Below, piece after piece: positions 1 to 13,441 of a DNA stretch of 64,000 nucleotides. Source of the stretch: Callorhinchus milii (Eukaryota); assembly GCF_018977255.1 (NCBI RefSeq), contig NW_024704743.1:63366001-63430000 (forward strand), written 5' to 3'. The notes under the pieces were generated by a model that was not told the origin of the DNA, did no database searches, and saw nothing but the letters and a program-made list of their open reading frames with translations. A program made the translations under genes and the position numbers. The stretch's first letter is position 1. Every line of letters begins with the position of its first letter.

Positions 1-1019
1 GTGTCCCCTGTCTTGTCTTGACCAATCTATTTATACAGTGATTTTATAATAACTTATTTAGTGTAGTTGAAATACTTATTTTGCAGCAGGTATTGTTAAC
101 AATACTCAATGCGATTACACACTCAATACTGTCCCAGCAACTTGCAGTGGAATGTTTTGTGACTTCAGGGTTGTATTCTCTGCAAGCTCCACCTAGGTAT
201 CTGTGCAGAAGGAGATGTATTATTTTTATGGTTGACTTCACGAAATCTTGCAATAGTAAGCATATTGAGGTGTCTGCAGGATCGTGAGCTCCTGCTGCAC
301 AAGTCCATCATTTCATGTTTCCAGTCATTAAATACTCTTTAAGTCTTACATAATACCTTATCCATTTTAGAGTGTAATTGCTTGGTGCTAATGAATCAAA
401 CAAAAGAAGCTGATTTTTATTGAAGATATGAATTTAAAATAGCCTGCTTCTTGAGTTTCACATGAGTAGAAGTGAATCATGACTTTATATAGTATCTACA
501 TGTATTACAGCAACACTTGCATTTATATAGTGTCCTTCACACGGGGTGACATCTCGATTAGATACTCCTAGAGTAAAACCAAATTTAAAAAAAAATGAGT
601 ACAGAAGATAAATAGGGCAGTTCGGTTGAACGCAGTTATTCACTTGAATGAAGCGAGGGATTTAAAGTTCAAATATCAATAGTCTAGATAGCCATGTAGT
701 TTTATACACTGTCCTTTTATCTCTCAGACCTGGGTTTGAATTCAGTGCAGATTAATAGTATGAAAATCTCTGCTTTCAGCAGAGTAAAATCAACCATTTA
801 TTTCATAAGGAAGAAGTACTTGTTACTAACACTGAGTCACTGAAGTGGAAAAGTGGAAAAGTATTCCATTCTATGTTCCCTCTATTTTTTTCGGCCATGA
901 GTGGAATGAATGTGGGTTTGTGCACCGATATAAAGGGAAGAGGTGAGGAATAGAAATGACGAAAGAAAAACGTCAAGCGGTATTCACGTCACGCAAGTGG
1001 ATGTGGCTATTGGTCCAGG

Positions 1020-1395
1020 CGGGAGATTTTGAAATGGAGTCTCTGCGCCTGGTACCTCCTTTCCTGGAACATGAAGCCATCTGATTAAAGGGAGTGGGTA
1101 GAGGAGTGGGATGCAAGCAGGTTGGAGAAATAGGGAGGTGTACACGAATGAGGATCTTGAAGTCAGTCCATTGTGCAATAGATAGTCAGTGGAGTCTGGC
1201 AGGGACTGGGGTGATGGGGTGTGGAGTTTGATATGGACAAGGATACGGGCGATGGAGTTTTGAATGAATTGAATTTTATGAATAGTGGAGCTGGGGAAAC
1301 TGGTGAGGAGGGCATTGGAAAAATTGAGGACAGGGATGACAAATGTGCGAAAGCATTTCAGCTGCGTTAGGTGTGTGGTATGGTTGGAGGTGGGC
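1020..1395 (-). mobile_element. Degenerate L2 3' fragment
   Basis: Reverse-complement similarity to the 3' part of the 9.0-11.6 kb L2 (e.g. gaggatcttgaagtc, ggggtgatggggtgtggagttt). Confidence 0.6.
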
Positions 1396-1408
1396 TGTAT
1401 AAATGTAC

Positions 1409-2107
1409 CATAAGAAATAATTAATTATTTAATTATAACATGCCTATTTATGTATCAGTATGTCCTTACTTTGGAGCACCGACAAATCAAATATTTTAAA
1501 CGTTTTACTATTACAACCCAAGCCTGTGTGTTAGAATTTGCACTTTTTGTATAATGTTAGAATCACAATAGATGTTGCGAACGGGTTAACTTTTAAGTTA
1601 AGTGTGGGCAGCTGGACTGAAACTCATGAGTTCCCAGGATCACGTGAATGTCTCAAGGATAAGATGTCTACTACTGCCGTCCCGGGTCGCGGAGACAAGG
1701 ATACGGGAGATGTAGCCGTCCCGGGTCGCGGAGACAAGGATACGGGAGATGTAGCCGTCCCGGGTCGCGGAGGCAAGGATACTGGAGATGGGGCCATCCC
1801 GGGCTGCGGAGACAAGGCTACGGAAATGGAAGACCGAGAGCTAGAAACACTAAGACTGAGGATATCAGATGGAAGATTGAAAGCTGTAAGCAAGAAGACT
1901 GAAAGCATGAAGAATCAAGCTTGTGTGCTGTAAAGACACAGTGTTGCACTCTTGAACTCGAGATATCTATAGTGGTGTTATTCTGTTATAAGATCTTTTG
2001 ATTGTACCGGCCTTTGGTCTGACCCATCGGGATATTGGGGAATAATGAACGAATAATAATAAAACAGTCTGATATCTGGTTAGAGGAATTAGCGTTATTT
2101 CCTTACA
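1409..2107 (+). mobile_element. Solo-LTR-like element containing a 39-bp minisatellite
   Basis: Ends ...ttatttccttACA with imperfect inverted counterpart taagaaataa at 1411; AATAAA at 2058 about 45 nt before the end; abuts an old L2 fragment. No clear TSD. Confidence 0.4.
1676..1829. repeat. 39-bp CpG-rich tandem repeat, about 4 copies
   Basis: gccgtcccgggtcgcggagacaaggatacgggagatgta units start at 1676, 1715, 1754, 1793. Confidence 0.95.
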
Positions 2108-3290
2108 GATTTGGCTGATTTTATTTTCTAACATGTGGAAAGGAGCTGAAGATGATCTATAGGTTAATCAAATGTTTGGAAATGTTTTGGCACATTTTAG
2201 AAATAACTGGTTGAAGCTTTCCCAAAGGTACATTTGTTAAAACTGCCATATATGAAACTGAGCCACGTGGACCAAGAAGGTCATAGATTTAATCCCTAAT
2301 CCTTGCTCAGTTATGTGATGTAAGAAAGAGCAACAGTTGCGTGCTAAACTTGGATGAAATGCCCCCTTTTAGGAAGAAAAGAATAGCCAGGGTTCCCATT
2401 CTTGATCATTGTCAAGTGGCTTGTACTAGAAACTGTGCGGATGCTAGTTGAAGTTGGGTTGTGATGCCCACTACAGACAGATTGCCTATCAACACTCGCT
2501 GTCTTTGTTCAAACAAAAATATAGACAGTTTATGGACAAAATACTGACACTTGGCCAAGTTATCAGTACTGCTTTTGCTGCTGAGTCAGAAAGCTCAAGC
2601 CCTTTGAGCTTGCAGTCTATAGCGCATTGCTGGGGGAGTACAGCATTGTCGGAGGTGCCATCCTGCCTGTTCAGTTGGATGTTAAAGATTCTACTAGAAA
2701 AGAGCTGGGAATTTCTACCGATGTCTTGACCAACAATTTGTGGGACATTGTTGTGTGACTGCCACGTCTGTCTGCACTTTACAGTGAATCCTGTGAAGCA
2801 CTTTGCAATGTTTTAATGACATAAGGGTCTAAATCAGATGCAAAGATTATTATTTTCTCAGTAACAGAATTCACAATTTAAGGCAGCATCTTCAATAGAG
2901 GATAGGCAAATGATTGATTCTGAGACCTGAAACGACACCTTGGTTTAGCCTGTAAGAGCATTATGTCTTAAAATTGAAGATCTTTTAGAAAAAAGTGTTA
3001 CATTTTATGACAGAGTGGTCTTTGGGCTTTAGTAGGTGGAATGTCAGGCCTCTGATACATTGAGTGAAACTTCACTTGTCTTTTGTATCTGTGATGTGAT
3101 AGCTCTGAGAAGAAATAATGTATTTTTTGTTGTTGAAAATTGAAACTGAATTGGATTATTGATTGCATGAACAGTTTGCAGCAAATGTTTTACGACAATT
3201 AGTTGCACGGAAAAAAGCAATCATGTTCAGGAACTGTGCACAGAATTTATTTTGTCGCAGATTCTTTCTCATTGGTGTCTTAATTTTCAG

Positions 3291-3402
3291 CATTCTGGCA
3301 TCGGTGGAGCGAGTGTTGGGAAGAAGAGCCGAGTTTGGAAAAATCTGAAGCAAATCCTTGCAGCAGAGAGGACATTACCATGGAAACTGAATGATCCTAA
3401 CT
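3291..3402 (+). CDS. INO80C: INO80 complex subunit C (IES6), internal coding exon
   Basis: ttttcag acceptor, gtgagc donor; encodes HSGIGGASVGKKSRVWKNLKQILAAERTLPWKLNDPN, matching recalled vertebrate INO80C (WKNLKQILA.ER.LPW.LNDPN); ends phase 1. Confidence 0.95.
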
Positions 3403-3713
3403 GTGAGCTTTTTCACAACTTATTGCCTTTTAGTTTTTTTTGTATACCTCAGCCATTCATATAAAATCATGCCAGCCTGTTTCCATTCATATATTTCATT
3501 GCTGCTCAAAAGTTTAGGTTTCAGTTATACATGTCTAAATACTCAGTAGTGTGTTTTATTTGGAAGCTGGTTCCAGGTTCAGAGAAAATGTTGTTTTAAT
3601 TTTATTACTTTGTATGTTCATACTATTTTATGTTGATTCTGTCATGGTTCCACTAAATAATATAATATGTAAGAATATCATTGATACGAAAATAACCTGC
3701 AGTTAAAGAAACC

Positions 3714-3808
3714 TTGTTATCCATCCCAACTGTTGATCCATCCCAACTGTTATCCATCCTTGTTATCAAATTGTTATCCTTATTATCCATCCCAACTGTT
3801 CCCAACTC
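3714..3808. repeat. Irregular short tandem repeat (ttgttatccatcccaactg units)
   Basis: atccatcccaactg occurs three times with partial units between. Confidence 0.85.
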
Positions 3809-4923
3809 TGTGTAAAGATATGGTTTCTGGCATTTGTCCTTAACAGCTTTTCATAACTGTTTACTTGAGTCTTTCCTGTGACCTTGACATATCTGAAACC
3901 ACTGTTTGGGTTTATATTCTCTACCCCATTTAGCAGCTTACATTATAAGGAGAGGAAATCTCTTTTCCTAACTTAACCTATCTAGTCCTGATAGCTTATC
4001 CCTCCAACACTGGAAGAGCCCACTGTTCTCCTCTGAATATGTTACTTTACGTAACCATGAGCAGAATTGCAAGCGGATACAAGCCTAACCAGAGCACTGC
4101 ACAGCTTGAGTTGTTTAATTGGTGCTTTTTAGCTCTCAAAATTCCAGTTCTCAACTTTTTCAAATTATGATTCTTACGCAGTAATATAACTGTAAAAAAG
4201 AACTTGTATTTCAGTTTCAACAACCTGAAGAAAATCTAAGTCCAAAATAGTATTACAAATATTGCTCTCTAGCATCTTCCATTTTAATGCCATTTCAAAT
4301 GAATGCCTAAGAAAAGCAGGGTATTTTTCTCTTCCTCTTCACCACTAGAATAAGACCACAAAGTGTTACTCTACTGATATTTGTGTCAAAACAGTGCCAG
4401 AAAAAGTGTGAATTTACCAGACAATCAAAGCTGTACCATGCCCAAGTATTTGATTCAATAAGTGTATCCACAAGAGTCAAAAAGTTAATAATGGATTTTC
4501 GTCTGTCTAATGACTTGAGCTAAGTATTTCAGACCATGGCAAAATTGCGCACTTGCACATGAAGTTTTTAAGGATTCAATTCACGTCACAACTATGTACA
4601 TATGCACAATCGTTTTCTTCTGCAGCAGATTTTTGCTTGTATATAATGTAGAGATGGACAGAAATATTTTAATATACATGTGAGATGGGAGGAATAGAGA
4701 GAGGAAAATTTGGCAGGGGTAGTGAGAGAGTGAGAGAAATAAAAGGATGATGGGTAACAAGAACAACTTGCATTTATATATCGCCCCTCATGCAGGGCAG
4801 CATCCCAGAGTGCTTGAAGTAACATATTAAATAAAATTAATTTGTATTTTTATGTTCTTGTAGAGTGATGTTAATTAACGCAATAAATTGCCAATTTCAA
4901 CGATATTTGTTTTAAATCTCCAG

Positions 4924-4991
4924 ATTGCAGCATTGATGCTCCACCGTCCTTTAAACCAGCTAAAAAGTATTCGGATATTTCAGGACTTCCT
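4924..4991 (+). CDS. INO80C: INO80C penultimate coding exon (68 nt, not in ORF track)
   Basis: ctccag acceptor, gtaagt donor; phase 1 joins previous exon to give YCSIDAPPSFKPAKKYSDISGLP, start of the YL1_C domain. Confidence 0.95.
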
Positions 4992-7900
4992 GTAAGTGTA
5001 ATTTTAATTGTATTTATTGCACTAAACGTTTTTCTTCAGAGTTTAATGTCCCATGATCACCACCAACTTCGAGAACATACCATGTCTGTGTGTCCCCAGG
5101 AGGTACAGGCTCCTCTTCCCCTTGGCCTTTTGTCCCAGTAATGGTTAGTGACCCATATTTCAATCAGAGGGAACAGGACAAACTGGTATTTTTTTTCCTT
5201 TTTCTCTGTCTCTCTCTCTTCCCCTCCAACCTAAAGCCCGCCCTCAACTCACATTCTGTTTCTATTTAAAATGCCAGTAAGGCGAGAAAAATAATCTTAC
5301 CCAGAAAACTGTCTATACCCTCTCAGGAGTTTGAAACCCCTGCACTAAGTGAATCTAATTTCAATAATGAAGATTTTATATAAATAAAGGTGGCAAGATC
5401 TATAAATGGCCTGAGTTGCCTTATAATCTAAATCTTAATGGATTGTTTAGTCTGTACCACTAAACTATAGTACAATTGCCCAAATATGTGTATGGTAAAT
5501 TCTAGAGATAATAATATAGCTTTAGAAATGACGAGAAGAAACTCAGACCTGAACTTAAATAGGGGATGATGTTGACGGGGAAACATGATCTTAGATAAAA
5601 GTGCAGAGATGATCAGATGTAAGCAGGCTCTGTTGTTAAATCTTACATCTTGTATCTATTTGCTGCTCCACAGTAAAATATTTCAAACATAAAACAATTT
5701 TGAATGTTTGAGTGAATTAAAATGGGAAAAGGCAGATAACTGAAGAGCTTTGAGTTAATTGTTTTCATCTGTCAGCTGTTTCACAAGTGTATTATTAAAT
5801 GTATTTAAAACAAGTTATTATTTTTGAAAAAGCACTTCAGAGCTATTTGGAGTATACCAATCATGTGTAATTGTCACCTTTTCAAAATTATACACCAAAC
5901 AATGCCACTACAACTGTTGCCAGTTACACAGGGAGTTCAGGGTCAGTTTTAGTCTCGAAGCAGCAACAAATGCGTTGAATTATTTTTCACTTCCCTATTG
6001 ACTTCAAAATGTGTTGGGCAGAATTAATTTGGAATAGTGGGGGAGTCTTCAGTGGGCAGAGCATCGTATTACACACACTAAGGTTTATAACATTGCCAGA
6101 AGTGGCCCTGGTGCTCCAGTTAGATAAACACATTTCAGTTTTGATTGTCCATTGTCAGAGGTTACATCTCATCTGGAAACTCAAACAGAAAACATGTTTG
6201 TGTTAGGCTTTTTTTGTTGAAAATTAAATCCTTGAAAGGCTTAGTTGGAATCCATTCAAATTGAGGTTTACAGCATTCAGATAATGCATGGTGACGCAGA
6301 TATAATTTTCACTTAATTTCCCTCTAGTGTGAAGGCAGTGATGATCAGATCATAATCACCACCAGCCAGACTGAACCAAACTCTTTTGAAAAAGGAGGTT
6401 GTTGTGGTGGAGTTAGATATAAATATCCTTTTCTTGATTTGAAACTGCAAATGTTTCTAAGTTTTCATCAAGTTTTAGTGATCTGTAACAAGCATGACTA
6501 TTTTTATGAGCTGCAAAATAGTGGCGTGCATCCTCTTAGCAATGGGAGGATGTACAGGATGAGCTGAAAACCACTGACAGAATTACGACTGTTTCCTACA
6601 CAAAAGGAACAAATCATCAGAATGTGTACAACAGCAGAATCAATCCTGTAAGTCGCAGGCTTCAGCCAGTTGAATATGTGATGGAAATGTATATACAAAA
6701 AATTATAGAAGGGTGAAAAAATGGAAATGATTTCACCACTGTGCCTTGGTGAGTGAATTGATGTTTTGGCTGAAGCAAAGCATGGAATTTTAGGCTTTGG
6801 AGAAGTATTAAGTTTTCATCACAAAACCTCTCTAATCAGTAACTTCGAAATGGCAATAACAGCAATAGCACCAACAAGTGTCAGCGTGGTAGCACTCTCG
6901 GCTCTGAGTCAGAAGATTCAGTTCAAACCCCATGTTGGAAATTAGTTTATATTCCAGGCTAGCATTCAATGCAGTGCTGGTGTCCTTTAGATTAAACATT
7001 AAACCGAGGTACAGGTGGATTCCTTTGACAATATTCACAAAGAGAAGGGAGTTTCTTGGACATCAATTTCCCAGATTAAAAAAAAATGTTTGTTTGAGAG
7101 CTGTTTGTGGGACATTTCTGGGTGTAAATTGGCTGCCACAACACTTTATATTGGGAGAATGTTACACTTTACAGGAAAATTCTGTGAAACACTCAAGTTT
7201 TAAGTGCTTGATAAGGTGCTGTATCAATGCAAAAATTATTATTAACTCAACATTACATGAAAATCCTGTTTTGCATAACAATTGCTTTCACTTCTAACAT
7301 TTTCAATCTTGTTCTCATAAATGACAAATGGAGTTAAGCTATTGTGCTTTGAAACTTGAAAGAATTTAGTTCCAGTATTTAACTTCTCTTTAAACCATGG
7401 GTGCTGGGATGAAGAACAATTTCTGATTTATCACTGTCTTTAGCTAGCAAGGGTGTATTTAGAAGACTTCTGTGTAAACATTTCATAGGCAACAGAAATT
7501 TTCAAAGAATAGAAATCACTGTAAATTGCTGAAAGCATGGGGAGAATGTGCACAAATCCTGGCTCAGTTGTTACCACTCTCCCCTCTGAATCACAAGGTG
7601 TGAATTTAGAACCTTTGTTGGGACTTTGAACTTGCATAGTCTAGGCTAACTCCCAACGCAGTGCTGGGGTGCACAGTATTGTTGGAGTGACATTCTTCGG
7701 ATGAGGTGTTAAACCAGTGTCCCATCTGCCCTGAACAGGTGGACGTTAAAGATCCTGTGGCACCATTTAAAAAGAGAAGGCAATTTTCATGGTGTCCGAG
7801 CTAAAAATTCCCCAAATAAAATTGGGCATTTGCTTAATTGCCCTTTGTGGGCCATTGGTTGGCTAGGAATTACTCAATGTTTTGGGGATGTTAAAGAAGA

Positions 7901-8989
7901 GAACTATTACCTACCAGTAGGTTATTAAAATTAGCAAGCCATGGTTTACATACACTCTAGAGCGTGGAAACTGGCGACACAGCCAAAAAAGTCTGCCAAT
8001 GTTAATACAACACATGAGTCTCCACATATGCCTTGCTGCCTCTCTTACTCTTCTATTCCTTTCTCCCTCATATGAAGGTCTAGCTTCCTCTTAATTGTAT
8101 CTATACTATCTTCTGCAACCACCAATTCAAGCAGTGATGTCCACATTCAATGGATACTGTAAAGCACACTGAGACTTGGATTACTTTTACTAGTCAATTG
8201 TGCATTTCATCAGTCTGAAAAATAGAATAGCTGGGTTTGATTTGTGACAGTTCTCTACAGTAACTCTTTCTAGTTTTTAAAAGCAATGCTTTCATCTGCA
8301 CAGGGTCAGAGCCGAAGATACTGGGTCATTCCATGTATCCAATGAGAAACCAAGTATTTTTACTACTTAGTTAAATAGAATCTATTAAATTTCCCATCTT
8401 TCAAAATCTTTAGAAGGTAAGAAATGTTACCATAATTTAAATTTATTGCATGGATTTATACTTCTATAATATTTGAAATACTACTGCTTCAAGGCAGGAA
8501 TGCATTCAGAGTGCCTTTCAATATTTAATATGAAGAATTATAGTACAAAATATGAAGGATTTTATTATCTTGGGAACTCTGCTTGAATTTGAGAATTATT
8601 TCATTGCAATGAATAAAGGTAGGATTTTTCAGAAAAGTAGCCTGTTACTTCAGGATTTACATATCAATTGGTCTTTTGGATTAGCCACAACAATAACTGT
8701 AATGGTGCCAGAAGCAATACAAATAACCAATAATAATAATCTTTGCGTTTGATAAAGCGTCTTATCACATCATCGAGACGTCTCAAAAGCCATTCACAGG
8801 ATGTACTGTGGAGTGGAGTGACTGTATCTGTAGCTGAACATGGCAGAACCTATTTATGCGTAGCAATGTCCCACAAACAGCTATGCCTGATTTTATAATA
8901 TTTTGTATTTGATATAGCGCCTTATCACATTGTTGAGACGTCTCCAAGCACTTCACAGAATATATTGTGAAGTGGATTGACTGTATTTT

Positions 8990-11612
8990 CATCTCCAAAG
9001 CCTCCCTTGGTCTTTCCCCCTACTCCTCTGGCAGCTTCCCCTCCTTTGAGCACTTCATCCTCTTCCATCCCTCTCTCCCACTGAAAATCCTTCTGGTCTA
9101 CCACCCCCTAAGCCCCCTGACTCCTTCCTCTCTGACATCTCTACTCTCCTCTATTCCCTGTCCCTCTGCTCCGAACGCCTGCTCATAATTGGCGATTTCA
9201 ACCTCCACCTAAACTCCCCTTGCACCACTTCTTCTGACTTCACTGCCCTCGTCTCTTCCCTAAACCTCACCCTTCACATTAATTCACCAACCCGCAACCG
9301 TGGCCATGTCCTCAACCTCGTTATCACCCACGGCCTTGACATTTCCTACCTTAGCATAGTGGACAAGGCCATCTTGGACCACTTCCTCATCTCCTTCTCC
9401 TCTCACATCCCTCTCTCCTCCACCAAGCCCTCAACCATACTCTACTGCCCGTGGAAAGGCTACCCCCTGAGATCCTCACAAAGGCCCTCACATCCTCAAA
9501 TAGCCTATCCCTCTGGTCTTCCACCCACAGAGATCCTGAAGCAGCCGTCCAACTGCTCCATGATCGCCTCTCCTCCACCTTCAACTCTCTCGTCGCCCTG
9601 AAATCCAGGACCATCTCCAAACCCACCCGATCCCCCTGGTATAACAATAATCTCCGCTCCCTAAAAACGCAAACCCGGCTGCTCGAGCGCAGATGGCAGA
9701 AAACTGGCCTGACAGTTCACCATCAACTGTGGCTCGAGCATCTCCACAGCTACCGCTGTTCTTTGACTTGGGCGAAAGCGGCCTTCTACTCCAACATCAT
9801 CTTGGAGGAAAAAAACAATCCCAAAGTCCTTTTTTCCATCATCCACTACCTCCTCCGTGCGCCCCCTCAGGCCTCCTCAATCTTCACATCTAATGCCAAG
9901 GGCAAGGAGGTCATGGACTTCTTTTCAACCAAAATACATAACATCCGCCAGGCAGCCTCATCCACCTGCCTCTTGTCACCCACTACCAACCCCTCTCCGT
10001 CCCCCTCACGCTCCCCATCATCAGCTCCTATCACGACCCCCATCCTACATTCCTTCCTCCCCATCTCTCCCTCCTCCCTCTCACCCACCATCACTTCAAT
10101 GAAACCCACACCTGCTACCTCGACCCACTCCCCACCAATTTGCTGGTCACCCAACTCCCCCTCCTCTGCCCACTACCGGCTGATGTCATCAACCAGTCCC
10201 TCTCCTCTGGATCAGTCCCTGCCCCCCTCAAAACTGTTGTCATCACCCCCCTCCTCAAAAAACCTTCCCTAGATCCCTCAAACCCCAGCCATTACCGCCC
10301 TATTTCAAACCTGCCCTTCCTCGCCAAAGTCCTAGAACGCATTGTTGCCAATCGACTCTGCGCACACTTCCTCTCACTCCCTCTTTGAACCCCTCGAGTC
10401 CGGTTTCCACCCTGCGCTTGTGAAAGTCTCAAATGACATCCTCTCTATCTGTGACCAGGGCTCCCTCTGTCTCCTTGTCCTCCAAGACCTCTCCGCCGCT
10501 TTTGACACAATCGATCACTCCATCCTTCTCCACCGCCTTTCCTCCGTCATCCACCTCAGTGAGACCGCACTCGCCTGGTTCGAGTCCTACCTCACGAACC
10601 GCCAGCAGTATATCTGCATAAACAGCTTCTCCTCCCGCTCTCACCCAGTTACTTGTGGGGTACCCCAAGGATCCATCCTTGGCCCCCTCCTCTTCCTAAT
10701 CTATATGCTCCCTCTTGGGGTGTCATCCGCAGACATGGAGTACACTTCCACACGTCACCCAACTCTATTTTTCCACCTCACTTTGCAGTCCCCTGATGTT
10801 CTGTCAGCCTGCCTGTCAGACATCAAGAGCTGGATGGGCGCGAATTTCCTTCAGCGAAATGTTGACAAGACGGAAGCCATGCTCTATGGCTCTCGTCAAC
10901 GTCTAAAATCGCATGGTTCTCACCTCCTCCATCTACCCAACCTCCCCCTAAAACTCTCCGAACCTATACGCAACCGAGGCGTCAAGTTCGACCCCCCAAT
11001 TATCCTTCCTCCCCCATATCTGGTCCCTCACCAGCACCGCTTTCTTCCACCTCCGATTCATCGTCCGTCTCTGCCAATACCTCACTCCAAAAGCCGCTGA
11101 AACCCTGGTCCATGTTTTTGTCACCTCTTGGCTGGACTATTCAAATGCCCTCCTCGCCGGTCTCCCCTCCACTACCATTCATAAAATCCAGGTCATACAA
11201 AACTCTACCGCCTGCATTCTTACCCGCACCAAACTCCACTCCCCGATTACCCCAGTCCTTGCCAGACTGCACTGGCTGCCTGTCCCAGAGAGGATCGACT
11301 TCAAGATCCTCACTCTTGTCTTCAAATCCTTCCACTCCTCTGCGCCCCCTACCTCTCTGACCTCCTCTCTTCTCACAACAGTGCCCTCCGCTCCACCATC
11401 GACGGCTGTGCATTCAGCCACTATGTCCCGGAACTCCCTTTGTCACTCCCTTCGCCTCTTCTTATTTTCAGGTCTCGGCTGAAGACTTTTCTTTTCGACC
11501 GCGCCTTTGGTCACCTTCCTCCCCCTCCCCCTGGCTCGGCCCCGGGATCCGTTACTCTGAAGCGCTCTGAGATGCCGTCCGGCGTGGAGGGCGCTATATA
11601 AATCCAAGTTGT
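8990..11612 (+). mobile_element. L2-clade LINE, 5'-truncated decayed ORF2 (APE endonuclease + RT) in INO80C last intron
   Basis: IIGDFNLH APE motif near 9184; YRPISNLPFLAKVLER, DLSAAFDTIDH, GVPQGSILGPLLF RT motifs; frameshifts; (TTG)n tail; TSD TGTATTTT at 8982-8989 and 11613-11620. Confidence 0.92.
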
Positions 11613-12892
11613 TGTATTTTGTGGATTGATTTTGTGGGAGAAACACCCTTTTCTTTCCAAGTAGTGTGATGGGATTTTTAAAGTGAACTGTTTTTTTAAT
11701 TCCAGCAATTTATAGAATTGTTTCTTACTACATAGAATAAATTACATTGTAGGGCTTGATGATACAACACAGAGTTGCACCTTGTGTCACTCCTGTCAAA
11801 TGATCTAGCAAAGGTGTTGAACAGATGCAAGGAATTTTTCTCGAGAAGAAAATTCTAATTGTGAATCTACCATCACCTTGGGGCCTGTTTAAAGTATCCG
11901 CAGATGCCTGGAAACAGATTGCATATCCACACTCTTAAGTATTCGAGGACGCTGGAAAGAATTAGTGTAGATGGCAACAAAACAAATGGTCAGGAATGCT
12001 CCTCAAGTTAATTGCTACGCATGTGCACTCACTGTGTAGGAAGCACCACTTCTTCTATAACTTCTATCTTCATGAAGGGTTAAGTTACAAGTCATCAATA
12101 AAATTAGATTTGTTCATATGTCTTGTTTGCCATATTTTATACTGCTTGTTAAAATTTTATTTAGGGTTTTAAATGTAGCAAATTATGTGTAGATTATTTT
12201 TAAATAATCAAATTAGTTCACATAAGTTACCTCTTGGAAAATACTTAGTTATCTTGATAATCCTTTTAGCAGAGAGGGATAGGTTAAAATTAGGAGTAAG
12301 CAAATCTCTTCCTTTCCCCTTTCTGCAAATCTAAAATAAAAGGAAAATTTAAAGACCTTTGGTTTATGACCTTGGTAATTTTCACATTTTATTGCATATT
12401 ACAAACAGTGGACAGTATATTAAGATTTGCAGCTTTGCACTGCTTTTTGATGCAATCCTTCACACTGTATAATACATAATGAATGATTACAATGTATAAT
12501 ATCCTGGATTGGCTTCAAAAGTTATAAAATTATTGTACAGCCTGCCCATGTTACTGGAGACCCTTATTAGTTGAGTTTCTTCATCTTCTCCACATCTGAT
12601 AGTTATTATAGCGTTCAGTAACATTTCAGTGAAAAATACTGATTAGTTTAAAATCATGCATTAAAAGCCTTTAAGTTTCATATTTCAGCTGCTTGTGGTT
12701 AGTTATTGCGAATGTATAAGATTTAATAGTAATAAAATATTGTAACATTAAGTATTTTGATAGATTAGCTCACCCGCTGCCAGGTATTTAATAAACAACA
12801 GCTTGTTGCAGTACCTTATACATTCATACTTTGAAAAGTTGGCTAATGTTTTTGCAGTATCTATATTTATCAAATATTCTGTTTCCTTGCAG

Positions 12893-13024
12893 GCCAATTA
12901 TACGGACCCACAAAGCAAGCTACGTTTTAGCAGTACGGAGGAGTTTTCATATATCCGCATGCTTCCTTCAGACATTGTCACTGGTTACTTGGCTTTGAGG
13001 AAAGCAACCAGCATAGTACCATGA
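12893..13024 (+). CDS. INO80C: INO80C terminal coding exon
   Basis: tttccttgcag acceptor, phase 0; ANYTDPQSKLRFSSTEEFSYIRMLPSDIVTGYLALRKATSIVP-stop is the conserved INO80C C-terminus. Confidence 0.96.
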   Translation, partial: ANYTDPQSKLRFSSTEEFSYIRMLPSDIVTGYLALRKATSIVP

Positions 13025-13121
13025 AAGACTGTAAAGCAGAGGAAAAGGACATTTCTGTTGCATAGAGCAAACCGTATAAACGGGATGTGTTCAATGGATG
13101 GAACTTTGTGGAATCCTTTGT

Positions 13122-13441
13122 GGAGTCCTGTAGCTCAGTGGTTAGAGCACTCGCTTTGCAAGCGAGGCACCTGCGTTCAATTCCAGGCAGAGCGAAACCT
13201 TGGGCAAGTTTCCTTACTCCACACACCTAATAATAATAATCCCTCCAAGAACAAAAAAAAATAATAAATTGGTCATTTTCAATCCATGACTGCTTGTGGG
13301 ACACTGCTGTGCGCAATTGGCTGCCGCGTTTCGCCCACAAATATACGGTCAATTCACTTTACAGTCTATTGTGTGAAGTGCTTTGAGACTTCAACAAGAC
13401 GTGAAAGCGCTATATCAAATACAAGGATTATTATTATTATT
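13122..13441 (+). mobile_element. Young tRNA-derived Deu-domain SINE (short form) in INO80C 3' region
   Basis: Pol III A box TAGCTCAGTGG, B box GTTCAATTCC, Deu-like core tgtgggacactgctgtgcgcaattggctgccgcgttt, L2-like tail, (TTA)n. Confidence 0.9.

Noticed and set aside
1676..1829. CRISPR-like regular repeats
   Set aside because: Head-to-tail units without unique spacers, no cas genes, vertebrate intron.
1..3290. Upstream INO80C exons
   Set aside because: No segment encoding the expected PLPFKDP-type motif found; likely outside the window.
9451..11100. Long ORFs of 273 and 252 aa as host genes
   Set aside because: Frameshifted pieces of a dead L2 ORF2.
13122..13195. tRNA-Ala(TGC)-like sequence (also at 25619, 33625, 35687, 56491 and others)
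   Set aside because: Each continues into a SINE body and tail and lacks a proper acceptor stem; SINE heads, not tRNA genes.
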